Shown piece by piece: positions 52,144-64,000 of a stretch of DNA of 64,000 nt. Below the pieces are notes generated by a model that was not told the origin of the DNA, ran no database searches, and saw only the letters and a list, made by a program, of their open reading frames with translations. The DNA comes from Perna viridis (taxonomy: Eukaryota): positions 60,057,195 to 60,121,194 of the forward strand of contig CM074513.1 of NCBI GenBank assembly GCA_037379345.1, in the 5' to 3' direction. Numbering within the stretch: the first letter of the stretch is position 1; each line of letters opens with the position of its first letter. Both the position numbers and the translations under genes were made by a program.

Positions 52144-53260
52144 AAATCCGAAGTTCTAGCTACAATACACTGACGAATTACATCGTAAACTTCAGCGCAC
52201 AGTTCTGTTGTTTAACTACATTACGTTGCTACAAGACACATATAGCTCTGTGTATATTTATGTTCTTAGTAGGTAATTTAGATTGACTGACAACGAACAG
52301 CCGGGGACGTTTTTCTGAAGTATTTTTTATGCATGTGATATAATCCATGCTTGTACTTCAGTGACGACTGTGTATACCCATGTGTTATAGTGATCGTTCC
52401 CCTAAAATGGTAAATCTTCACTTACATCAGTATCAAACTGAGAGAAATAAAGACAGCAAAACATGAGTGTGGCAAATATTTTATATTGCAATAACACTAT
52501 TTTAGTACATTTCCGTTTAACTCTCGGCTGCATTAAAAAAAGAAATAAAGTCAAGTAAATTACTGTAATTAGATATGGAATCCCGTAGGCGCCATTGATT
52601 TCCTGTCCAGCTACAGACGAACGAGATCTTGCGTGAACGAACTTTCGGAACCCTTTGCAGACAAACAGACAACTTAATGAATACGTAAACGACATAATTT
52701 CCCATTCCTCGATCAAAGGCTTGTTAAGATTGCTGCTTGATTATTGTAAACGATTGACAGATAGATAAAGCAAAACTTTTAATTAATAGTTTTTGATATT
52801 GATTAGTGTTAGTGAGTTAGTTTACTTTATGGAAACGGTAACGCAGAGTATGATTTAACATGGTTATTTAAATTGATATATTTTGTCGTCTTTAATTCTT
52901 TGTTTAGAAACTTATTTTTGACTGCCCAGTAAGCTGGTTTTCTTTCTCCTTTGTTATCGACCTAGAGGATCTTAATTACCATCGCATGGACGGATTACAG
53001 TTTATATATCAATATCAATGTTTGTATATTGTAAAATGAAGTTATTGTTAGTAAATATTTAGCGACGATTCTTCAGATGGCATATTAAGTCTGATACCGA
53101 CGACATTTTACAAAAAAAAAAACACTATTCACTAGCTGACATAATGTCACAGATAAAAGGGGCACTTGATTGCTTTCTGTATCAACTAACGTTCGACAAA
53201 CAATCGAGTCTGTCAACTACAGATGAAATAACATATACTGATAACACCTTATATAATTTA

Positions 53261-53728
53261 GGTTACAGACCACCAATTCAATCAATGAGCATTTGGAACG
53301 TACGCAAAAATAGTCCTACGCAGAAATTACCCCTGTTCCTCATAGTGCTGTGAAAAAAAGTTCTCATCGTATTTAAAAATTTTTAACAGTTTCTGAAAGG
53401 AAAAACATTTCTGTACATTTTATAGGTGCATTTTGCTTCTTGTGATGTGAAGCCTAATCTCCATCATGGTTTTTAAATATACCCCTATCTTGTGAAAACA
53501 CTGGGATTTCCCATGCTATTTATAGATCCTTCACTTCCGGTGACCAGTACTGCACTGCAAGTCTGCTAACCCCACATGCCATTCTGAGGATTGTGAGCTG
53601 ACATATGTAGAACCGTGCTGATATATAGTCCTCTGCAGGTTAAAGTTAAGGTAAAGTCCAGAGAAGCCATTGAATATTGTCAAATTAGCATAGAAGCCTA
53701 TGGGAAGTGGAATTAGTGGTTTCTAGCC
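53261..53728. mobile_element. Solo LTDR of the KolobokP-like element
   Basis: Third copy of the ~467-bp repeat, same orientation and same termini, with no internal region attached. Confidence 0.9.
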
Positions 53729-54379
53729 TTATATAAGAATCCGGGTTTCTGATTGGTTGATAAGAAGTGTTTTTTTTTTACATATCCTTAAGATTTCGGT
53801 CATTTTTACAGCTGCTGGGGTATATATACATAAACCATATGCGCTTTTTCCCGTCCGTGCGAGACTCGTCAGAGTAGTCAAGGACGTTAAAAACCATTTT
53901 CCCCTCTTAACCGTGGTTTTTGCCAAAATTTACCCTCGCGAGCCACGTCTCGCCAAAACTCAACCGGAAGATCTTTTAATTGTTCGTTCAAAGTAACGGT
54001 TTTTTTTATTTGCGACCGGTAATTTTCGGAAATACCCCTCCATGCCGTGAGATATCTGTTCAGTAAACTTGACGTGTTAAAGTCGGAGACACTTTAAAAT
54101 TAAAATTTGGTATTTATTATCATTATTATTATTATTATTGAAATTTCTCTTTTTGACTATTAAACATATTAAATGTGGATAAAACACGTGACAAAACAAT
54201 AACCTACTACTAGTCTACTCAACAGCTAAGACCAGATACTAAAGATTCTACCAATACAACAATTACAGTGTAATATTATCAAACAAGAGATTAATGTCTG
54301 GTGAAATCTCTGATGTCTTTGTCAAATTTCTGCAATGATCAAGAGATACTCTCTTCATTAACTTCACGCACAGCTAACC

Positions 54380-57300
54380 AAAACTCTCACAATGAACTTA
54401 TACCACTATGATACCCTCACCATGAATCTTTACCAATATAACGCTCTCACCATGAATCTATACCACTATAACACCTTCACCATAAACACATACCACAATA
54501 ATACCCTAACCATAAACACAGACCACTATAATACCCTCACCATAAACATAGACCACTATAATACACTAAACATAAACACATACCACTATAATACACTCAC
54601 CATAAACACATACCACAATAATACACTCATCATAAACACAGACCACTATAATACCCCAACCATAAACACATACCACTATAATACACTTACCATAAACACA
54701 GCCCACTATAATACACTAACCATAAACACATACCACAATAATACACTCACCATAAACACATACCACAATAATACACTAACCATAAACACATACCACAATA
54801 ATAACCTAACCATAAACACAGACCACTATAATACACTCACCATAAACACAGACCACTATAATACCCTAAACATAAACACATACCACAATAATACACTCAT
54901 CATAAACACATACCACTATAATACCCCAACCATAAACACAGACCACTATAATACACTAACCATAAACACAAACCACTATAATACACTCATCATAAACACA
55001 TACCACAATAATACACTAACCATAAACACAGACCACTATAATACACTCATCATAAACACATACCACTATAATACCCTAACCATAAACACATACCACAATA
55101 ATACACTAACCATAAACACATACCACTATAATACACTCACCATAAACACATACCACTATAATACCCTAACCATAAACACATACCACAATAATACACTCAC
55201 CATAAACACATACCACTATAATACCCTAACATTAAACACAGACCACTATAATACACTCACCATAAACACAGACCACTATAATACCCCAACCACAAACACA
55301 GACCACAATAATACACTAACCATAAACACATACCACTATAATACACTCACCATAAACACATACTACTATAATACCCTAACCATAAACACATACCACAATA
55401 ATACACTCACCATAAACACATACCACTATAATACCCTAACATTAAACACAGACCACTATAATACACTCACCATAAACACAGACCACTATAATACCCCAAC
55501 CACAAACACAGACCACTATAATACCCTAACCATAAACACATACCACTATAATACCCCAACCATAAACACAGACCACTATAACACACTCACCATAAACACA
55601 TACCACAATAATACCCTAACCATAAACACAGACCACTATAATACACTCTCCATAAACACATACCACAATAATACACTAACCATAAACACAGACCACAATA
55701 ATACACTCACCATAAACACATACCACAATAATACACTCACCATAAACACAGACCACTATAATACACTCACCATAAACACAGACCACTATAATACCCTAAC
55801 CATAAACACATACCACAATAATACACTCATCATAAACACATACCACTATAATACCCCAACCATAAACACAGACCACTATAATACACTAACCATAAACACA
55901 TACCACTATAATACACTCATCATAAACACATACCACAATAATACATTAACCATAAACACAGACCACTATAATACACTCATCATAAACACATACCACTATA
56001 ATACCCTAACCATAAACACATACCACAATAATACACTAACCATAAACACATACCACCATAATACACTCACCATAAACACATACCACTATAATACCCTAAC
56101 CATAAACACAGACCACAATAATACACTCACCATAAACACATACCACTATAATACCCTAACATTAAACACAGACCACTATAATACACTCACCATAAACACA
56201 GACCACTATAATACCCCAACCACAAACACAGACCACTATAATACCCTAACCATAAACACATACCACTATAATACCCCAACCATAAACACAGACCACTATA
56301 ACACACTCACCATAAACACAGACCACTATAATACACTCACCATAAACACATACCACAATAATACCCCAACCATAAACACAGACCACTATAATACCCTCAC
56401 CATAAACACAGACCACAATAATACACTCACCATAAACACAGACCACTATAATACCCTTACCATAAACACATACCACAATAATACACTCATCATAAACACA
56501 GACCACTATAATACACTCACCATAAACACATACCACAATAATACCCTAACCATAAACACAGACCACTATAATACACTCACCATAAACACAGACCACTATA
56601 ATACCCTAACCATAAACACATACCACAATAATACACTCATCATAAACACAGACCACTATAATACACTCACCATAAACACATACCACAATAATACCCTAAC
56701 CATAAACACAGACCACTATAATACACTCACCATAAACACATACCACAATAATATACTAACCATAAACACAGACCACAATAATACACTCACCATAAACACA
56801 TACCACAATAATACACTCACCATAAACACAGACCACTATAATACACTCACCATAAACACATACCACAATAATACACTAACCATAAACACAGACCACTATA
56901 ATACACTCACCATAAACACATACCACAATAATACACTAACCATAAACACAGACCACTATAATACACTCACCATAAACACATACCACAATAATATACTAAC
57001 CATAAACACAGACCACAATAATACACTCACCATAAACACATACCACAATAATACACTCACCATAAACACAGACCACTATAATACACTCACCATAAACACA
57101 TACCACAATAATACACTAACCATAAACACAGACCACTATAATACACTCACCATAAACACATACCACAATAATACACTAACCATAAACACAGACCACTATA
57201 ATACACTCACCATAAACACAGACCACTACAACATTCTCACCATAAACCTTTAGCACTACAACATTCTCACCATGAACCTATACCACTAAACATTCTCACC

Positions 57301-57950
57301 ATGAGCCTTTATTGCTGTAATACCCTCCCCATAAACGTATACCACTATAATACTCTCATCATAAACATATACATGTACCACTTTGGTACGCTCACCATAA
57401 ACCTATACCATTATAACACTCCCACCATAAGCACATACCGCTAGTCTATACATGTATCACTCTCACCATGAACACATACCACTATAGTACTCTTATCATA
57501 AACTGATTCCACTATAATACTCTCACTATAAACCTTTACCACTATAATACTCTCACTATAAACCTTTACCACTATAATGCTCTCACCATATACATATACC
57601 ACTATAATACTCTCACCATATACATATACTACTATAATACTCTCACCATAAACATATACCACTGTAATACTCTCACCATCAACATATACCACTATATTAC
57701 TCTCACCATATACATATACCACTATAATACTATCACCATAAACATATAGTTCTACTCTCACCATAAACATATACCACTATAATACTCTCACCATAAACAC
57801 AAACCACTGTAATACTCTCACCATAAACATATACCACTATAATACTCTCACCATAAACACAGACCACTATAATACTCTCACCATTAACACAAAGCACTGT
57901 AATACTCTCGCCATATACATATACCACTATAATAGTCTCACTATAATCCT
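54380..57950. repeat. 30-bp minisatellite (~118 units), decaying rightwards to ~58750
   Basis: Unit CATAAACACAKACCACWATAATACMCTMAC, in unbroken 30-bp register from ~54390 to 57300. Confidence 0.97.
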
Positions 57951-58809
57951 CTATAGCACTTTCGCTTTAAACCCACAGCAATATTAACAAAAAATCTGAT
58001 CATTAACCACACATATATTATCAAAATTCTTCACCATAAGGTTACATCCATATTATCAAGCAATCTCACCATAAACCATCACCACTTTAACATTTTTCTG
58101 ACATCAACAAATATCACCGTTTTATTAACACTCATCACAAATAACCTCAATGTACTCGCACTATTATTAATATGTACGCTCATCGCATTAACCCCAACAT
58201 CAATATTTAATATCACCACCAACATTTACTCTCACTGTAAACCTGCACCACTGTTAATATTTACTCTCACCATCAATACGTTTTCTCACCACATCCCACA
58301 CCACTATGAACATTTACTCTCACTGTAAATCCACTCTTACCATCAATGTGTATTCTTACCATTATCTGACACCACTGCTAACATTCTCTCACCATCACCT
58401 CACACCATAGTTATAACATTCTCCCATTCTCTCACATCAATATGTATTATCACCATTATTCCGCACTATTTGAATTTACTTTCACCATCAATATGTTTTC
58501 TAACCATTTTCCAACACCACTGTTAACATTCTCTCACCATCAATATGTATTCTAATCATTTTCCCACGCCACTGTTAACATTTTCTCACCATCAATATGT
58601 ATTCTAACCATTTTCCAACAACACTGTTAACACTCTCTCACCATCAATATGTATTCTAACCATTTCTGTACTACTGTTTGAATTTATTCTCACCATCAAT
58701 ACATTGTATGTATTCTTACCATTAGCCCGCGTCACAGTTAACATTTACTATCATTTTCCGCGCCGCGGTGAACATATATCCATCGTAGTCTCACCAAGTG
58801 CGAAAGATC

Positions 58810-59030
58810 ATGGACCAGGTATACTCAAAGTACGATAGGGCCAGGCATACCAAAAGTTACGGTAGGACCGGGTATTCTAAAAGTCACGGTAGGACCAGGT
58901 ATACTAAAAGTTACGGTAGGACCAGATATACTAAAAGTTACGGTAGTGCCAGGTATACCAAAAGTTACGGTAGGACCAGGTATACTAAAAGTCACGATAG
59001 GGCCAGATATACTAAAAGTTGCGATAGGAA
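58810..59030. repeat. 27-bp minisatellite (~8 units)
   Basis: Unit GGACCAGGTATACTAAAAGTTACGGTA. Confidence 0.9.
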
Positions 59031-59297
59031 CGGTTTCTTGTGTTATAGTGTTTATTGGGAAGAATTTTCATGAACTACAAATTCGTATTTGATTACCCTC
59101 ATGTCTATTTGAATGATACTTTCTTTATACGAGGCAAAGTGTTAATTAACACACAAGAATCACTGCTGTGATGGATTTTTATGCAAAGGTCGAATACGGT
59201 AAGCAAAGTTGAAGTCCTTGACTTGAATATCTTGTCTCACACATAGATATTTTACCATATCTCAGTTTTAATAATAAATATATCAAAATGAAATAGA

Positions 59298-59520
59298 ATA
59301 ACAGCATCACACCTTCCACTGTACATATTTATTGTGCACTGTCGAGACTATATATATATAGACATAACAGCATCGCACCTTCCACTGTACATATTTAGTG
59401 TGCACTGTCGAGACTATATATATAGAGAGAGACATAACAGCATCGCACCTTCCACTGTACATATTTATTGTGCACTGTCGAGACTTTATATAGACACATG
59501 TACAACTCACTTGTCGCACC
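59298..59520. repeat. ~66-70-bp tandem repeat x3 with an embedded (TA)n
   Basis: ATAACAGCATCGCACCTTCCACTGTACATATTTATTGTGCACTGTCGAGAC. Confidence 0.88.
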
Positions 59521-59909
59521 CTTTTTGTGTACATAGAAACTCGGTAAAAATATACAAGTTTGACAAGCTTTAACATTACCTAAACATCTCCCAATAGTGT
59601 GAAACAAATAGTGAAATATCAAACAACATAATTTAATCATTTTTATCATCAATACTGAACTATAAAATTTACTCGTTTTAATTCGTTCGAAAATACCAAA
59701 ATGTTATTAATTAATTGGCGAGTTATGGCAATATATCTATTTTATGGAGTCAATAAAGGACGTTTTTGGTATAGCTAAATGGATGTAAAGACAAATGTAA
59801 TCTTAATTAGTGTCTTCTATTGTCAAAATAAAATGGCAGAACTGGTTGTTAAGATGCATGACCGTAATTTTGATATTAATGTATACTAATAAAGGTCGTA
59901 GTTATGATA

Positions 59910-60115
59910 GATAAACGGCCCTTTATACCTAACGATAAACGGCCCTTTATACCTAACGATAAACGGCCTTTTATACCTAACGATAAACGGCCCTTTATAC
60001 CTAACGATAAACGGCCCTATATAAAGTACTAACGATAAACGGCCCTTTATACCTAACGATAAACGGCCCTTTATACCTACGATAAACGGCCCTATATTAA
60101 GTAGTTAACGATTAG
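59910..60115. repeat. 24-bp minisatellite
   Basis: Unit GATAAACGGCCCTTTATACCTAAC. Confidence 0.9.
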
Positions 60116-60118
60116 CAA

Positions 60119-61760
60119 CCCCTTATAAGTCCTATATACAGTTATACTAAAGATAAACAGACCCTTATAAAGTCCTATATACAGTTATACTAAAGATAAA
60201 CAGACCCTTACAAAGTCCTATATACAGTTATACTAAAGATAAACAGACCCTTATAAAGTCCTATATACAGTTATACTAAAGATAAACAGCCTCTTATAAA
60301 GTCCTATATACAGTTATACTAAAGATAAACAGACCCTTACAAAGTCCTATATACAGTTATACTAAAGATAAACAGACCCTTATAAAGTCCTATATACAGT
60401 TATACTAAAGATAAACAGACCCTTACAAAGTCCTATATACAGTTATACTAAAGATAAACAGACCCTTACAAAGTCCTATATACAGTTATACTAAAGATAA
60501 ACAGACCCTTACAAAGTCCTATATACAGTTATACTAAAGATAAACAGACCCTTACAAAGTCCTATATACAGTTATACTAAAGATAAACAGACCCTTACAA
60601 AGTCCTATATACAGTTATACTAAAGATAAACAGACCCTTACAAAGTCCTATATACAGTTATACTAAAGATAAACAGACCCTTACAAAGTCCTATATACAG
60701 TTATACTAAAGATAGACAGACCCTTACAAAGTCCTATATACAGTTATACTAAAGATAGACAGACCCTTACAAAGTCCTATATACAGTTATACTAAAGATA
60801 AACAGACCCTTACAAAGTCCTATATACAGTTATACTAAAGATAAACAGACCCTTATAAAGTCCTATATACAGTTATACTAAAGATAAACAGACCCTTATA
60901 AAGTCCTATATACAGTTATACTAAAGATAAACAGACCCTTACAAAGTCCTATATACAGTTATACTAAAGATAAACAGCCTCTTATAGAGTCCTGTATACA
61001 ATTATACTGAAGATAAACAGACCCTTATAGAGTCCTGCATGCAGTTATATGAAAGATAAATGACCCCTTTTACCGTCCTATATACAGTTAGATTGAATCC
61101 TATTTGAACCACACTTACCCACGTGCAGGTCCGGTGTTAAAAGAATATGCCTGCAGCAGCGCTAAGCTCGTCGTAAAAGGCGACTAAATAGTGCTCAGAA
61201 CCCTAGCCGGGGGCTAGGGCGCTTTGCCCACAGAGCAACTGGGATGTGTGCCCCAGGTGGTAGAATGGGGTACCCCTGGCGTGTTACATGCTGGGGTTGT
61301 CAGGCTATAATACGGAAAACCTGACCACAAACCATAGTGGTGCACCGTGTTGGGAAAGATGCCACGTTCCTCGCACGTTAAAGAACCCTACTGTGGTATT
61401 CTCCCGGAGTAGGAACCATAGGGCTCCGCCACAGGAGGCTAAATTGCCCGACCCTACCCACCTCTCCCGATTTCCAGTGGCAATCAAATTTCTCGACCCC
61501 ATTGTCCTTGTGTCCCATCCCTTTTTCATTTCATCATCATTTCATGTTCATTTTTTCATCAATTTCATGTTCATCGTCTGAATATAGCTGAAATATTGCT
61601 GCTCGGACGTTAAACCCCAACAAACAAACAAACAAACAAACAAAGAAACAAACTTTCGTATTTGACCCCTTATAAAGTCCTATATACAGTTACTAGTATA
61701 CTAAAGATAAAGGTCCCTTATAAAGTCCTATATACAATTAGATTGAACCCAATATGACCG
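60119..61760. repeat. 43-bp minisatellite (~22 homogeneous units), interrupted near its right end by SINE copy 2
   Basis: Unit AAAGTCCTATATACAGTTATACTAAAGATAAACAGACCCTTAY; resumes at ~61665. Confidence 0.95.
61117..61653 (+). mobile_element. Full-length SINE-like retroposon, copy 2
   Basis: Starts ACCCACGTGCAGGTCCGG at the same 5' position as copy 1 and ends GACGTTAAACCCCAA(CAAA)n. No clean TSD. Confidence 0.9.
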
Positions 61761-62639
61761 TCGCCTCTATTGTACAGGTATTCCTTATTTACCCCTTTCG
61801 ACTTTTTAATGTAGTGTTCGCAAACAAACAATAATATACTATGGTTTGAATAGCAAATAAATGAAATATGACATATCAAAAAAATATGGTTCCCCTGTGA
61901 CGTTTTGCCTATCGCAAAACAATGCCTAATATACAGCACGAACAATAATTTTCTGCATTGTGGGAGTGTACAACCTGAACCTTCCAAGCTTGCTAATGAA
62001 TTAATGGCATTTAAACACAGCAGGCATTCAAAAGCCACTTAACGGTAATAGAGTTCACAAAATATTAGCCGTGGTTTATAAATCGCCCATATAAGTCCTT
62101 TTTGAGTGAGGAGGTATTATTACATGCAAACACATTCCGACAACATTTAAAAAAAACAATCGTAGCCATTAATTACTAAGTCGTTGTCGTATATATAGGT
62201 GTACATCATTGGCTATAACAGCCATAATAGTATGTGTTAAAGTAGAGGAGCTTTTTCCCTGAGCAAAACAACCAAATATCCCAAAAAAACCTCTTCCAGT
62301 TCTCAAAAAACTCTTTGAGGCCAGACTGGTAACCGTCACAGAAAAAATACCGACCTCTTATTTTTTGATTGATTTTTCAGTGTTCTTGAATCCACATTTT
62401 ATTGCTTTTGACGTATGCTTATCACTGTCTTGTGGATTGTAATTATTTATCTATTCTGTGAAGTAAGACGATTTGTAGACATACCTTAACGTTGTTTGTG
62501 TGTTTATTGGCTCTGGTTATGCTTCCAATACATTTGAATTCTCTTTAGTCCAATTAAGGATACTTAACTAATCTCTAGAAACTAGTTAAGAGAACTAATC
62601 TCTAGACACTAATGAACAGTTGTAGTAGCAGGAATAGAT

Positions 62640-63218
62640 AGTAGCCCAATGATCTCATAGATTGGACTTCATGCTCTCAAACGGACAACATAATGCACTG
62701 ACCTTCTAGATTAGACTTCGCGCTCTAAAACGGACAACATAGTTCATTGACCTCCTATTTTGGACTTCAGGCTCTAAAACGGACAACATAGGCCTTGATC
62801 TCCTTGATTGGACTTCATGCTCTCTCAAACGGACACCATAGCCCATTGACCCCTTAGATTGGACTTCAGCCTCTCAAACAGACAACATAGTTCATTGACC
62901 CCCTATTTTGGACTTCAGGCTCTAAAACGGACAACATAGGCCTTGATCTCCTTGATTGGACTTCATGCTCTCTCAAACGGACACCATAGCCCATTGACCC
63001 CTTAGATTGGACTTCAGCCTCTCAAACAGACAACATAGCTCATTCACCTCCTATTTTGGACTTCAGGCTCTAAAACGGACAAAATAGCCCTTGATCTCAC
63101 AGATTGGACGCCAGACTCTCAAACGGACAACATAGCCCTTGACCTCCTAGACAGGACTTCAGTCTCTCAAAATGACAAAATAGCCCATTGACCTCTTGGA
63201 TTGGACTTCAGGCTCTCT
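62640..63218. repeat. ~49-bp minisatellite (12 units) with a 148-bp trimeric higher-order repeat
   Basis: TTGGACTTCA recurs every 48-51 bp; 62760-62907 is repeated almost exactly at 62908-63055. Confidence 0.92.
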
Positions 63219-64000
63219 TTTACTGCCAAGTAAAGTACCAGTTTTTATATTGAACTAAAGGTAGGATAATTATGCATATTCCTTGCAGATGCTGCACGCG
63301 CAGTTGCACGTGCTGAAATGAGGCATCAAGTAATGATATTACAATTATAGATTTTTAAATCATTGTGATATTGTTTTTCATTCCGTGGTAACAATGACAT
63401 CACTCTCGTTATGTTTGTTTCTTTATGTCCCAAGGTAAACTAAGGTCTTCAATGATTCCTTTTAATCTTTGTCTGAAATCGACCTGACTCACATCATTAA
63501 TATATTAATTCATTATCCTTCCTTGACTCAGATATTAGAATTTGGTCTTAGTCATGGTCTTTGTCGTCCGTTGAGTCCGGATTGCCATAGCTCTTTCGGA
63601 ACTTTCGTCTTCAGCCTAATTGGATGTTAAAAGGCAAACATGACCCCGGATTTACAAACCATCTGCCACGAACTCGTTCCCGTCAAATTGCTCTGTGGCT
63701 ATATCGATAGAATGAGTTACCGTTATAATAGAATAAAGCAGTGTCGTGAATCATCTCTGTGATTGGATTAAAAATGGAATTCGAAAAAAAAAACCAAACA
63801 AAGTCGTCTGAATCAGAAATCGATACTGCGTACTGCAATGAGTCAGGTGGTAATTCGTAACATCTTTTCATGTAATATTAATTTTTATGACTTTATTTAG
63901 AACAAAAGATTTCTAGGCATGTAACTAGGGTGACATTTGGGTCAAATAACATGCTTTATACAATGACACTCAATCAATCTTACAATAGTGATAAAGAGGG

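Noticed and set aside
53730-54100. Crypton-like repeat start (TTCTGATTGGTTGA)
   Set aside because: Resemblance only; no second end or second copy in the window supports it.
54392-57253. 953-aa ORF as a protein-coding gene
   Set aside because: Entirely a 30-bp tandem repeat with no coding context; kept only as a low-interest finding.
61362-61392. HDV-like ribozyme core (CGT-TCCTCGC-ACG) in the SINE body
   Set aside because: The P3/L3 look-alike is not followed by a P1 3' strand and the GG needed for P1.1.

Overview
AT-rich, repeat-dense eukaryotic DNA, most likely from a bivalve mollusc (inferred from the transposon repertoire and TACATGTA enrichment). There is one clear host gene: a two-exon MEX3 RNA-binding E3 ligase (2 KH domains + RING, 513 aa) on the minus strand, CDS join(36232..36001,31793..30484). 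It sits in an ~11 kb zone with no recognisable transposons. The rest of the window is mobile elements and more than a dozen minisatellite arrays. The mobile elements include a composite-type DNA transposon with two ~467-bp terminal direct repeats that each carry their own inverted termini (KolobokP-like) plus a solo repeat, and two IS3EU-like MITEs with TAY..RTA ends. There is also a MITE whose 8-bp TSD equals its own TIR core, five fragments of one Penelope-like family with a structured 3' RNA, two full-length copies of a SINE with a non-tRNA pseudoknot-like head, and LINE fragments. The long ORFs at 41.7-44.0 kb and 54.4-57.3 kb are minisatellite read-throughs. The best candidates for something new are the two retroelement RNA structures that fit no ribozyme class I can recognise (SINE head, Penelope-like 3' end). 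Family names come from motif recognition only; no searches were run.
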